From assembly GCF_964355755.1 (NCBI RefSeq), contig NC_092670.1:2718201-2782200 (forward strand): a stretch of DNA of 64,000 nt, in the 5' to 3' direction. The notes under the pieces were generated by a model, which had not been told where the DNA came from, did no database searches, and saw nothing but the letters and a program-made list of their open reading frames with translations. Origin of the DNA: Antedon mediterranea (taxonomy: Eukaryota > Animalia > Echinodermata). Position numbers and translations under genes: made by a program. Shown here one piece after another: positions 25,230-38,978 of the stretch. Within the stretch, counting starts at the first letter, position 1. Every line of letters begins with the position of its first letter.

Positions 25230-25693
25230 CTATGAGTGAGATTAATGAAATAGTTATTTGTAATTTGGAATTGTTTTTGTTTCATAGTGTTTTAATTTTT
25301 AGATTTAGAAATGTCATTTCTAGACTACTACTAAATTTATTTCAGATTTGCAATAGACATATTTTTACTAGAATTCTTAAAAATAACATTTTACTTGTTT
25401 ATTTTACTATATTAGTGTTGGCCTTTTGTTTGTCTATTAGAGGAAGACCTGTACATGTAGAACTAACTCATTAGCCATTTTCTCACAGAACTATGAGGAA
25501 TATAGTTCTATTAACATGCTGGGTCGTGCAGCACCATGCCAGCATCAGGTACAATGTCCAGTATATACCAACTGAAAGTTGGTATATACTGGATATTTCC
25601 GGCAGGATTGATTGTTATATACTGGTAATGATGCATGCATCAATTAATTTTGCTTCCACGCCTGTGAGAAAAGGGCTCTGTGTAATGAAATAC

Positions 25694-25869
25694 CCGCTGC
25701 ATCACATGATAAATTGGCTGTCCTCCGAAATCCCAGATGTTCATCACAAACTTGTCAATTGTCGCCTTGTCATCACTTCCTTCTTTCTGAAACTCAATCT
25801 TTATCAATTCTTCAATTTTTAAAGGAATCTTCTTCTGGTCATCACTTCCTTCTTTCTGTTTTTTTTGCT
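25694..25869 (-). CDS. Roco gene Roc exon (G3)
   Basis: ...FVMNIWDFGGQPIYHVMQR; phase 1-0. Confidence 0.92.
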
Positions 25870-26520
25870 CTATATTTATTAGTTATTTGTAATTTAAAAA
25901 TATGTTAGTTGACAAATAAAGTATCCAATATCATGTTTCTATATGTAATTTTTATAGGCCTTTTATTAGGATCTATATTATCTATATTATAAGTGAGAGC
26001 GTTTGTACATTTGTTTGTATGTTTGTTTGTTTGTTATACAAATACAAATGAGAAGGTTCTAAACTATATCTGAGCATTATCCGCCATCTTGGATCCAAGT
26101 TAGGTGCCAAAATGGGGTCAAAATTCCCCACTTTTCTGCACGTTACCTTATATGAGATATCAAAATGACCGCAATTGTACTGGGAAGGTTTTAAACTACA
26201 TTAAAAAAATCCTTGACTCCGGTGGTTTCGGAAGTGTGATGGGGTAGAGGTATTGGGTTGAGGGGATGGTGGAGATTTTTGCTTGGGCTAGGGGTAGTAG
26301 GCTATCGAATTGTAGTAGGACATTTTTAAAGTATTTTCTGGGAAGGGGTTGGCGCTTAGAATGGGGGTATAGGCTTATTAACATGACCGAAACTATACTG
26401 AGAATGTTTTAAGCTACATTTGAAAACTGCCACTGAGGGGTTATGGCTAGGGAGTGATAGCTCAACATAATTTTTACTGGAACGAAACGCCTTAAAAACA
26501 TCACCCAGTATGAGGAGGAG

Positions 26521-27154
26521 TTAAAGCCCCATTCCCTACGTTTTTTAGATCTAATTTAAGATCACAAACTATATTTAATGTAAAAATAATACTATATGGT
26601 CCTATTGCGATAACTTTTTTTGTCTTTAAACGGTTAAAAATGTGAAAAATAAGTCGATTTTAATAATTATAGCGGCCCGCTATAAATCCCAAAATGCATT
26701 GCGCGCGGATTGATATTTTTGTTTTCCACCTGTAATTCGCCCACTTTTCGATCGATCGTGAGGCCAAAACAAATGGAAGACTCCTAACTTTTCAGCGAAA
26801 ATACCGGGTTTTCCCCAATTTGTATCAACGGAGTCTGGCAAAAATAGAAAGACAATTAATGCAGCAACTATACAACGTCAGGCTAGGTATATAGCTAGCG
26901 TACGATGTTCGCACGTTACCGATGTTTACCAGCTAGGCCTACAAAACTAAGCCTAGCCAGGCTAGGCCTAAGACCGTCCACGAGAGGTCGATCGCCGCGA
27001 GCTACTTAGGTAGTGCATTGTTTCTCACTTTTTATCATAATTTACCATAAAACGTACATTTAAGACAAGGAATGACATGGTTTAATGTTTTTAAAGTGAT
27101 ATATATGTATTATTTTCCAAAAAACGTCCAAAATTGCAGGGAAGGGGTCTTTAA
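26521..27154. mobile_element. TTAA-flanked MITE (Kolobok-like)
   Basis: TTAAAGCCCCATTCCCTAC...GCAGGGAAGGGGTCTTTAA; the empty site GAGTTAAGGTTTG is visible in Helitron copy 1 near 12050. Confidence 0.75.
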
Positions 27155-27166
27155 GGTTTGTTGATT

Positions 27167-30100
27167 TAGTCCAGGAGTGTTAGACTTTGAGGTAGAAATA
27201 AATATGCTAAAGCTGAATTTTTCAGGATAGGTCCCTAATGTTGTCTGAAACAACATACTACTCTACTCTATCTCTCACTCTATAAAGCTCTCATTGTCCC
27301 CATCCTTGAATATGGTGTCCCAGCGTGGTTGCCTCGAACCAAAAAACTTACGGAACGTATCGAGGCAGTCCAGCGAAGGGCTACTAGGCTTGTCCTTAAA
27401 CAAACAAGAGGTGAAATGGAATACGAGGAACGTCTCACTAAGCTAAATTGGCCTACACTATCTAATCGAAGAAATTATCTTCTGTTATCCTTTGTTTGTA
27501 AATCACTTATTGGAACGGTTGATTGTAGTAGTGTTCGTCAATCTATAGTTGTTAATGGCCGTCACCTTGATACACTTAAGTTCATTCATCACTATGCTCG
27601 AACCAATTGTCTTCATCATTCCGCTATTAACATATTCCCTAGGTTGTGGGAAGAATTACCGGAAATGATTAAAAATTCTTTAATTTTAGACAGTTTTCCA
27701 ACATTTTTAAATTCACTTAAATCACATGTTTTATATTGACTTTGTTGAATCGACTATAATGTATTTTATCCGTTTATTTTATATTGACACTGTTGATTCG
27801 TCTATTTGTTATTTAAATATTTTTATATAGTTTATTATATCATTGTTGTTACTTTGGGAGTACGGAACCTGAACTCTTGTTATAGTGATTAGGTTCACTT
27901 TTAGGTTCCTGCCTACTCCCTTAGTTTCTGTGTTTTTGTTTGTTTGTATCTGGTTTTTGGCAATAAATAATAATAATAATAATAATAATAATACTAAAAG
28001 TCCCCGGGTTTCCCCGTTGTGCTTCAACCCGATTGGGCCATTTTTCAAAATGGCGGCCATCTTAAAATTATTTACCATATGCTGACAACCAGTAGGTGTA
28101 AGTAAACAATCTTGGTGTCAAAATACTCAGAAGACCCATATTTATATTCACTGTAATGAAAAAGTTTAACAAAAAAGGGTAAGAAATGCCTGTTTTGACC
28201 TTTGACCCTAAATTTGGATTATTTCAATATCTCATCAATGACTGACCGTAGAGACTTCAAAGTTGTCCCAAATTATTCAGAATGCCCAACTTTCTACTCA
28301 CTTTAATGAAAGAAAAATACAAAATTCCTTTAGAAACCTTCTATTTTGACCTTTGAACTATTGACCTAGACATATTTTAATTTTATAGACATCTTGGTGA
28401 TCGATAGGAGTACACAAGCGAAATTGCTGTCAAAATACTCAGAAGACTCATATTTATATTCATTATAATGGAAAAGTTTTAAAAAAAAATGACCGGAAAT
28501 GCATGTTTTGAACTTTGACCCTAAATTTGGATTATCTCAGTATCTCATCAACGACTGGCCGTAGAGACTTCAAAGTTGTCCCAAATTATTTGGAATGCCC
28601 AACTTTCTATTCACTTTAATGAAAGAAAAATACCAAATTCCTTTAGAAACCTTCTATTTTGACCTTTGAACCCTTGATCTGGTCATATTTTATAACAAAA
28701 TTGTATAGAAATCTTGGTGATCGATAGGAATACATAAGGAAATTTGGTGTCAAAATACTCCAAAACACCCATGTTTCTGTTTACTCTTATAGAAATAATG
28801 TACTAAATGCGATTGAAAGTGTTTTGACCGTTGACCTTAATCATTACATTTTAATGAGAATTAGTCTTATTTCCTGCCTATAGCTTACCTGTATAAACCG
28901 ACAATAGCCCGTGCTCTCCAGAGGGAGGGCTTAGATGCAAAAAGTTAAATTTAAGTTGACATAAAGACAGACAGAATCTAACAATTAATCAGTATGGCCA
29001 TTGCCATGAGAGGTAAAATTCATTACAAATTGCTCAGATGCTAAACAGACAAACCAAGCCCCAATTTTAAACTATATATATACAGTATGATACATTTTAC
29101 TGTCTGTTTGGGCTTTAGCCTGTTTTCACTTCTTTTATTCATTAGTAACCAAACAAATTTTATTGTTTATTTATTCTTGAAATATTAAGGTTAGAAATTA
29201 GTCCTCCAAAAAATGCCACGCCTTTTCTATATGGCTAATGTCCATGTTTAAACTTTGGAGCTATACCAATTCTGAAATGTTTCCTCTTCGGCAGTGCCAT
29301 TTAATATATAGCAGAGACCACTACTGGTGGATTTGACACACACTTATTGGTAAAATTGTTTTTTTTTTCAATTGAGCTGCACTATTACATTTCTTTGTGT
29401 ATATAGGTCTGGAGTACATAATTCATCTTATAACATTTTTTAAATTGTCTAAAACTGCACACTGTACATAGTCACCCACCCAACCATTTATCAAGGTCTC
29501 AGTCTAAGTCTCATTTTAGGCTCTAGTTTTACCTCCGATTCTTATCTGATATGATGCAATTTAATTTTAAAAGAATTATTGCATTTATCTTTAAGATGTG
29601 AACATTTTTCTCTGTATTTTTTCTAATCAAAATTCTCTAAAAATCGAAAATACATCAGGACTACAATTATGATGGTTAATAAAATAAGGGCATGAAAATC
29701 TGTTGAAGACCATAACAACTTTACATGTAGTGACAATTTCTTTATAATCCATCTTGATAGATTTGTAAGAGTTTCATATTGTATTTTATTATTTAGGTGA
29801 TTTGTCAAATGACACATTGTGACCCTTTGATACCTGAAATTATGGCCTCATATCTATATTGATGAATATTACTATTCGTCCATCGGACATTTTTTCTAGG
29901 CTGTTTCAGATAAATTTGACATCTCATGGCATGATGAATGGTATGATATGTCCATCATGCTATTTGGGACTTAAATTTTTAAATTATAATGTAGTGATTA
30001 AAGTCAAAGGTAAAAAAACATGGGTGTTTTGGAATATTTTGACAACAAATTCGCTTTAATTTCTATATACTTATGATATAAAATATTGTATTGGCCAGAT

Positions 30101-31115
30101 CAATAGTTCAAATGGCAAAATAGGTGGTTTTTAAAGGCTTTTAGTATTTTTCTTTAACTACAGTGAATAGAGAGTTGGGCACACTGCTTAATTTAGGACA
30201 ATTTTGAAGTCTCTACGGCCAGCAGTTGATGCGGTATTGAGATAACCCAAATTTAGGATCAAAGCTATAAATTTTGAAACCAATTTCGTATCCTAGCGAT
30301 CACCAAGATGTCTATAAAAATAAATATGCCTACGTCAATAGTTCAAAGGTCAAAATAGAAGGTTTCCAGTTTTTGGTATTTTTCTTTCATTAAAGTAAAT
30401 AGAAAGTTGGGCATTCCGAATAATTTGGGAAAACTTTGAAGTCTCTACGGCCAGTCGTTGATGAGATATTGAGATAATCCAAATTTAGGGTCAAAGTTCA
30501 AAACATGCATTTCCTGTCATTTTTTTAAAAACTTTTCCATTATAATGAATATAAATATGGGTCTTCTGAGTATTTTTACACCAATTTCGCTTATGTACTC
30601 CTATCGATCACCAAGATGTCTATAAAATTAAAATATGCTTAGGTCAATAGTTCAAAGGTCAGAATAGAAGGTTTCTAAAAGAATTTAGTATTTTTCTGTC
30701 ATTAGAGTGAATAGAAAGTTGGGCAATCTGAATAATTTGGGACAATTTTGAATTCTCTACGGCCAGTCGTTGATGAGATATTGAGATATTCCAAATTTAT
30801 GGTCAAAGGTCAAAACAGGCATTTTCGGTCATTTTTTTAAAAACTTCTCCATTACAGTGAATATAAATATTGGTCTTCTGAGTATTTTGACACCAAAATT
30901 GTTTACTTACGCCTACTGGTTGTCAAAATATGGTAAATAATGTTAAGATGGCCGCCATTTTGAAAAATGGCCCAATCAGGTTGAAGCACAACAGGGAAAC
31001 CTGGGGACTTTTAGTATGTTGTTCCAGACAACATTGGGGACCTATCCTGAAAAATTCAGCTTTAGCATATTTATTTCTACCTTTGGCCCTTTTTTTGTCT
31101 AATACTCCTGGACTA
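27167..31115. mobile_element. Non-autonomous Academ-like foldback element
   Basis: TAGTCCAGGAGT...ACTCCTGGACTA, 3-bp TSD ATT; inverted arms of ~0.9-1 kb built from ~310-bp internal tandem units. Confidence 0.82.
27261..27990 (+). mobile_element. 5'-truncated CR1-type LINE inside the Academ-like arm
   Basis: PILEYGVPAW...IEAVQRRATRLV...LEE-type C-terminal RT motifs in ORF 27329-27739, (TAA)n tail, and ATACTA on both flanks. Confidence 0.85.
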
Positions 31116-31674
31116 ATTGTGGATGGGAAGAGGAGAAAGAAGGCTGGGGCAGAGGTAATTCAGCTGTATCAAATTAGATATTTTAATCATTAGCCAATAT
31201 GACACCTATTCATTTACACAGTTTACAGTACTTAAGTACTTAAACAATAGGCCCTATCATATCATAGCTATGTATCGCCCTCACGTTACGAAGCAAGTTG
31301 TAGAATTTAAATTTGTACTGGGAAAGATTTTTTTTCTCACCTGAGTTTTGGGGTGTGATTGAAGAGGGGTGGAAGTTGGTGAGTATAGGGAGATACAATT
31401 CAATTTTTTGAAATGAAAGTGAAAAGAATAAAGGAACTACAGAATAACAACGTTTCAGATGATTTCAGGTCCTGAATTTGCGGAAGAAGAGTGATTTCTG
31501 TATTGCTCTAAAAAGAACAAATATAGGACAGAGAAGTATTGCCTAGAGCCCCACAAGTCACCCTATGTAGAAAGTCGGTTCTTAGTTTTGGTTGAGCAGA
31601 CAGTGAAGTATTAGATGTGAAATGTAATAATAATATGCCCTGCACTTAAGATTCTTATTAACATTTTTGCTTAC

Positions 31675-31857
31675 CCTCATCCATTTTGTTTTCTTCTATT
31701 TTAGTTGATTGTGCTGGATTTTCTTCCATATGTTTCCCCGGTTTGTCTAAGGGAGCATTTTCATTATTGCCAGATGCCTTTTTTTCTGATGCATTTTGTT
31801 TTCCTTTCACTTGTTTCACTACTTCTCTAGCAACTGCTTTCTCATACATTTCAGAAG
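31675..31857 (-). CDS. Roco gene exon: charged insert within the Roc domain
   Basis: 183-bp phase 1-1 exon SSEMYEKAVAREVVKQ...EENKMDE; GTAAGC donor. Confidence 0.82.
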
Positions 31858-32626
31858 CTTTAAAAAAATGTAATTTGTTTTTGTATATTATGAATATGTT
31901 AATTTAATCAACATGTTAAAAAGGGAGAAACACACACTTATTTCATTAATATGATGCATGCCAGCTTGAGAGAGCCACAAATGTATGAAACCCACTGACG
32001 CCTAAGGATGTGCGGCTCCTTACAAGGGCTTACAACAAACCAACAAATACAATAAAGTACAAAGCTTTCAAAGCAAACAAAACATACAGCACACACATTT
32101 GAATAATGAACATATCCATGATATTACAGAATAAATCCAGTTCTGTGTTGTATACAAAATTATTTAGGTAAAATGAAGCAAGGTATCAATTTATTTTGAA
32201 TTTATTTTAATTGAAGCAGTAATCAAGAAATTGTATGTAAAACAAATCATTTTATAAATAAAATCCATAAAACATGACAATAAAACTACATAATCAAATT
32301 AAATAAATGAATATTATTGCTAAACAAGAATCATGTGCCTTCAATGTCATGAAACTTCGTGTCCTGTAAGTTTGTTCTGTACCTGTGTGTTTGTTGTTCT
32401 GTCTAACTTATTTATTACTTCATTGTGTGGGCTTCCACATCACAGGCTTGCCTTTCGTGGATTGCCATCTTTTTTTCCACATGTTGCTGTTCTTTTTATA
32501 TAAGGTATTATTTGATGTTATCAATATATTTAAAAAAATAAAATTATTTATTTATTTATATATAATTTACACAGTGCTATGCAACACAATTGATGTGTAT
32601 ATATGTATGTGTGTGTGTGTATGTAT

Positions 32627-32770
32627 ATAGCTCTGCTAACTTTTCTGGCTGTTTACTTTATCGTTTTGATTTAGCTTTTCGCTTTTTATTTTTGTATCTC
32701 CATTGAGATCCAGCCACTGATACCCACAGCATTGTCATTATTTTCCAGTATTTTGCCTTTGGATTTATAT
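32627..32770 (+). mobile_element. Penelope-like terminal-repeat fragment in a (TA)n tract
   Basis: Matches 42825-42960 directly and 39805-39915 / 40255-40395 inverted. Confidence 0.75.
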
Positions 32771-33151
32771 ATATTTGTATATATATATTCATATGTTCTT
32801 TGCCTGATTTGTTTATATATATAAATATTGTATATTTATATATATATGTAACTGAAAATAGTCTATATGGGCAATATATTTATATTATATTTCCTCATCT
32901 TTATCGTTTCAAATTAATTAATTAACATTTCAGTATATCGCCGGGCTGTTTAGAATTAATGTTTATTGTCTGATGAGTTTGTGTGTATGTATGTATGTAT
33001 ATATGTATATGTGTATGTATATATATATATATATATATAAATCGTGGTGAATTTAACGCAGACCATGAAAGCGAAAGTGCTCGATACAAAATGTAGAGCC
33101 AAATATAAATAAATGAAAGACGCTAGTAAATTACCAACTGAACATTTTATT

Positions 33152-33195
33152 GCACTACAGGCTGTTTCATGAGTATGAACTCAATCTTCAGGTGC
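33152..33195 (-). ncRNA. Minimal type I hammerhead ribozyme motif
   Basis: Minus strand GCAC-CTGAAGA-T-TGAG ttcata CTCA-T-GAAA-CAG c CTG-TA-GTGC: complete core, stems I-III and a GUA cleavage triplet. Confidence 0.75.
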
Positions 33196-33773
33196 TTGGC
33201 TCTGAATGATAGTCACAAGTGAATACAAAAAGCTATAATGAAGTCTTAAGGCAAACTGTTTATGTGAACAATAGTATGCTAATTAGCAAGTACAACACAT
33301 CTCTATTTCCTGGACAGTCTATTGATAACCAAATTCTTATTATCTAAATTACTGATACTTTAGTAGAAACTTTCTCCTATGTCTATATGCACTGACTAAT
33401 TCGTTCCTATGGTTAAGTGAGCTGGTTTCAGGCTTGCATATAATATAATACTTCTCTTGTAAGCATAGATTACACCGTTTGTTAACATTGGAATATGGTT
33501 TACACTTCTTTATTATTCGCCATTTAATGTTATACTTTATGTTATCATCTTTTAGCTTCCAGATGTACTGGCTAAGCGTTGTGCTGTTTTTGTATTTAAC
33601 ATTACGGAATGAACTATTGTGTGCGTTATATCTGCATTTAAATGTGTTATATATATATATATAAACAAATCAGGCAAAGAACATTAATTCTAAACCGCCT
33701 GGTGATATACTGAAATTTAATTAATTAATTTGAAACGATAAAGATGAGGAAATCTGTGAGAATGAGAAAAAGT

Positions 33774-33845
33774 CGCCCCAACCGAGACTCGAACTCGGAC
33801 CGCCTGCTTGATATGCAGATGTCCTAACCATTAGACCACTGGGGC
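33774..33845 (-). tRNA. tRNA-like sequence (Asp-like, anticodon position ATC), probably a SINE head or pseudogene
   Basis: GCCCCAGTGGTCTAATGGTTAGGACATCTGC-ATATCAA-GCAGGCGGTCCGAGTTCGAGTCTCGGTTGGGGCG: A box, B box and cloverleaf stems, followed by a T-run. Confidence 0.55.
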
Positions 33846-34137
33846 TTTCATGGTATTGTTCGAACTCGATTGGATAGCGACTCTTTAACATTCTCGGCGT
33901 GGTACGGCGGAACAGCACTAGTCCTCAGTTGTACGCACGCGCACCAGAGATCAAATTGATACGCCCTCATCTTACAGTATTTTTATTCACGAGGCGGGAT
34001 CTCCGAAGAGATACTTTTATATATATAAACAAATCAGGCAAAAAACATTAATTCTAAACCGCCCGGTGATATACTGAAATTTAATTAATTAATTTGAAAC
34101 GATAAAGATGAGGAAATCTGTGAGAATGAGAAAAAGT

Positions 34138-34209
34138 CGCCCCAACCGAGACTCGAACTCGGACCGTCTGCTTGATATGCAGATGTCCTAACCATTAGAC
34201 CACTGGGGC
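34138..34209 (-). tRNA. Second tRNA-like copy
   Basis: One substitution relative to 33774-33845, giving an anticodon stem TCTGC/GCAGA. Confidence 0.55.
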
Positions 34210-34821
34210 TTTCATGGTATTGTTCGAACTCGATTGGATAGCGACTCTTTAACATTCTCGGCGTGGTACGGCGGAACAGCACTAGTCCTCAGTTGTACGC
34301 ACGCGCACCAGAGATCAAATTGATACGCCCTCATCTTACAGTATTTTTATTCACGAGGCGGGATATCCGAAGAGATACTTTTATATATATAAACAAATCA
34401 GGCAAAGAACATTAATTCTAAACCGCCCGGTGATATATATATATATGTATGTATGTGTGTACATATGTACATATATATATAAATAAATAATAAATAAATG
34501 TTAATGTTCTTTGCCTGATTTCTTTATATATATAAATATGTATGTGTGTAACTAAAAATAGTCTATATAGGCTATATTTATATTATATTTCCTCATCTTT
34601 ATCGTTTCAAATTAATTAATTAAAATTTCAGTATATCACCGGGCGGTTTAGAACTAATGTTCTTTGCCTGTCGTGTTTATATATTATATTCATGAAATGT
34701 ATTATTTGAAACTCGTACTTACTTTTCTTTTTTTAATACCTTATTCATTTGTTTTATTATTGATTGAAAGGTTGAATTGAATTGAATTGAATCTTTCAAT
34801 TCGATTATTCAATAAATATAC

Positions 34822-34988
34822 TGTTACGTTTATTGGTTACTGTGAGCTCGTATTATACAGACTATGAATTAAGTAAACAACAATCGTGTAACTCAAACTT
34901 GAACTATTTATTCAACAACAATATGGCTGCCAGTTGGCAATGTATGTGCTAACCTAATGAGGGCGGTATACAGTAGCATCTCATGACA
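34822..34988 (-). mobile_element. Probable 3' LTR of the Gypsy element
   Basis: TGT...ACA ends, AATAAA on the minus strand, and a polypurine tract AGAAAGAGGGA immediately upstream (34989-34999). Confidence 0.65.
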
Positions 34989-37900
34989 TCCCTCTTTCTC
35001 AGCTTTAACATTCATGTGTAAATTGGAATGTTACGATTATGTATATTATTAAAAGATTTAATAATTATTAAATTGCAGTATGCTTATCTGAGATATGTGT
35101 AGTATTTATACAGTAGTATTATTTTTAATTGCATATTTTATATTTAGCATTGATCTTCTGGTTGGTGTACATTAATTATGGTACCTGTGCTATATTATGA
35201 ATTATGATAACTAGAGGGTGAGCTCGCTTCGCTCGCTCCCCCTCTAGGAAGTGTAGACGATGGTTCTCGGAATGATAATGTTCTCCTTATACGTTTTCTG
35301 TCGGTTACCAATATTGAAACTGCTTGACATTCGTAAAACTAAACTACTTTGTTTCACAGTGTTTTAGATGATTAATAACATTTTAAAGTATAGTTTTTAT
35401 TGTTTGGTAGGGCCCTTTGGGGAGGCAGAGGTCATTTGAGGGAGGTGCTTATTCGAGGGATATATGTTAAATTTTTTAGTTTTAATAATATGGTAACATT
35501 TATAATCAAATGAAACCCTCTAATAGATATGAAAAGTGCTAAAAAAGAATAACAAATGCTTGGTAAATTGTAGATAACAGTGCGGTGAATTCTACTACAA
35601 ATAGTATAATTTGTGTTATTATAAATATGTGGATGGACGTTTATTAGATAAGATAAGATAAGATAAGATAACTTTTATTGATCCTCAAAAAGGAAATTCA
35701 TTGCTCGTCATAATAACAAAGAAAACACTATAAAAACAAATATAGCATAAAACCATTCATATAAAAACATCTAAAAAATTACAATATAAAATTATCTTCT
35801 TGACTTCCTGTTATAGTTGGGTTGGGTTGGGTGGGGGGGGGGGGAGGGTTATTATTCAAAGTGATGTTTTATTGGAGAGGCGTTTATTCAAATGAATACC
35901 ATCCTAATAATTATTAATACATTATTTAATTTAATCATCTTTTGAAACTAACTGCCGTGACAGAGTGGGCCCAAGAAAGAAGACATTACGGCTTGCAACA
36001 TGGGCAGACATCTCGGTCCTAACGGGACACAGGAAGATAGCCTACAGTTATTCCTGCAAGCTTACTCAATAAAACTCAGCTATCGGGATTTCACTCGAAA
36101 AATGTCTTATCATCAAATCTCCCTATGTAATTTTATAATACTATTCCCCACAATATATTCTGATTCTTTATGGCGTATATTTAATTTGATCTTTATTAAT
36201 TTGCAGTATAATTCCTATTATTTAACTACTGTACCTTCACACATGCCTGGTATGTTTTCCAAAGGGACACTGTATTGATTGATGGAAAGTGCCTGTTTCC
36301 AGTCACCTTTAGGGTCAAATCTATTATTTTAACTGCTCCCTTGTGTATAAAAGAGAGAAAATATTTGAAACCAGGTTGTTGCAAGGTGAACTTATCTTAA
36401 ACCCGGAAATTACTATGACCAGGAAGAATTGAAATTGAGATGAAAATCTAATGTTGAAATCATAAATTGTGTTAAAAAACTCTTTATAATATCTTCCTAA
36501 TATAGAAATATGGAACAATAGCGTCGCTGTGAACACTAATGTTATCAAATCTACGTTTCGCGGTACATCTCAGATAGATAAGGTAGGTATCCAAGGCGGA
36601 GATTTGTACCGAAGTTTTTGCATTGTGCTCGCCTATGTTAGAATTAACCATAATTTATATATAGATGCTTTAATTTTAACTCCATAAACATTTAAAACAT
36701 TCATTATGGAAAAACAAGATGTTGTTTTATTATCAACACAATGCTTGTGATATCTTTATATCACACATCTTTTACAGATCTAGCCTGTTAGGCTTTTTAA
36801 CTGCTCTGCCTGATTTTCTTACATATACATTATTATCAATGTTGGGTATTTGTTGAGCAGGTTTATTAGTTACTGTCTTTCTGTCCTTTTTGTGCTCATT
36901 CTCACAACTCTCTTCCATTATATCTTCTTCGATCAATGGTTCTGTGAATTTGAACGATTCTCCAGTTTGGCGGATATGGCGTCTGTTTCTGCGGTATGTC
37001 CTGATGTAGTTTTCACAATGTAGGAACGTGGATGGTTTGTAGTACTTTGTACTACCGCTGGTTTCCATTTCTTTGAGCAATAGTCTTTTATTCTGACGCT
37101 TTCACCGACATCCAAATTTTTCAGTGGTCGTTCATGTTGATAGTAATTTAGATTCGCATCTTTTGACAATATTTTCAATGTCGCTGTCTATGCCAATCCA
37201 ATATACGCTTTCTCGCGCTCTCAGTCTACACTTTTCAATGCCTTGGTGGCATGTGTGTATTTGCTCAAGAATATCTTGCTTCATTATTTTTGGAATTACA
37301 ATACGATATCATTTTAGTACAATTCTGTCGTGGACCGGCAGCCCAGAGACATTTGGTTAGATGAGCTAGGTACCAATATCTGACTATTTGAGTGTGTTGG
37401 GCATCACTTGAAGTGAATGAAAATGGGAGTCTGCTGGGTACCCCCTGCTGCGTCTAGACTGGGGGGACCCCGAAACGTGCTAAAAAATCGGCACAGGTTA
37501 GATGAGAGAGATACCACCTAATTTTACCACCATGGGATGCCCATTGGCATCCTTATAACAGTATCCAAAACGACAGACTTTTTCTCTGCTGCAAAAGGCC
37601 CACCAGACCCCCCGAGGGAGGGCCTAAAATGGGGTTAGCATAGATGAGTGAGGTACCACTCAAAATCAATTCCAAACGAACAAGTTGTGTTCATACAATA
37701 CTAAATGGATAACAACAGACTAATTGTCTGCTGCACCGCAAGTGCCAGACACCCTAAAGTTAGACTAGAGACCCCCCTTCCCCCAACTAACCCAGCTTAG
37801 ATATTGTAGATACCACCAGCAACCAATGTTATATGATTTACCACATTGTAAGCAATACCAAATGACCTATTACAGACTATCTGAACACTGCCCTGGCCCT

Positions 37901-38683
37901 GGCAGACCCCTCTAAAGTTAGACTAGAGACCCCTCTTTCCCCAACTAGCCCAGCTTAGATATTGTAGATACCACCAGCAACCAATGTTATATGATTTAGC
38001 ACATTGTAAGCAATCACCAAATGACCTATTACAAACTATCTGTACACTGCCTTGGCCCTGGCAGACCCCTCTAAAGTTCGACTAGAGACTCCATTCCCCC
38101 AACTGACCTATCTTAGACATTGTAGATACCACCAGCAACCAATGTTATAATTATGATTTAGCACATTGTAAGCAATACCAATTGACCTATAACAGACTAT
38201 CTGTACACTGCCTTGGCACTGCAGACCCCTCGAAAGTTCCCCCATTTACCCTAAGTATATAGGTACCTTAGATATTGTAGATACCACCAGCAGCAAAAAA
38301 AAAACACCCAAAACAACATGTTTAATTGAATAAAGTTTAACTTTAATCGAACTAACACAAAACAATTGAAAATATATCACATCAATGACGATAAAATGAC
38401 CATTACCATTCTAAAGGGAAAAATAGTTTAAGAGTTTCAATTAAACCTTATATATTATAAGCCAAATATATATAACAAGTATGGATTCGGGTAAATTTAG
38501 CATTCCTTGCCTTTGGATGTCAAAGATACATCCGTCTGTAACTCTTGGACATATTTTAAGAGAAAGCTTAGTAGTAATCATCCTAATCAAATTCAGGATT
38601 GTAGTAACTTAATCTAAAGTGATTTGATTAATTAATAGTGGGTAATTTTAAATGCTGTATATTATAATTTTAATCCTGTATTC

Positions 38684-38737
<54 letters not shown>

Positions 38738-38906
38738 GGTTGAAATTTTCAGACCGTTTGGATAGAGTGCTCAATACCAAGGTAGAGCATAAATAAATAA
38801 AATAACAGCAGAAAACTTGGTTAATTCATTGTTTTAATCACTACAATTCGTACGAAACAAATTTGTAGTGATTAAAACAATGAAGTAACCAAGTTTTCTG
38901 CTGTTA

Positions 38907-38955
<49 letters not shown>

Positions 38956-38978
38956 CTCCAAAGGCAAATTACTGAAAA

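Larger units (their letters stand above)
25981..31400 (+). mobile_element. Helitron-like repeat, copy 2, split by nested insertions
   Basis: 25981-26520 and 31116-31400 are colinear with 11497-12330. Confidence 0.65.
33660..34435 (-). repeat. Tandem 364-bp unit (2 copies plus a partial) containing a tRNA-derived segment, TA-flanked
   Basis: 33660-34024 and 34024-34388 are nearly identical; fragments also occur at 32790-32965, 34500-34670 (inverted) and 39975-40157. Confidence 0.88.

Noticed and set aside
27809-31193. Paired ORFs MVNN.KMAAILKNGPI (27809-28078 and 30930-31193)
   Set aside because: Mirror translations of foldback arms containing the common AAAATGGCGGCCAT motif; no coding evidence.
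33721-34282. Duplicated 65-aa ORFs
   Set aside because: Translations across the tRNA-like repeat unit.
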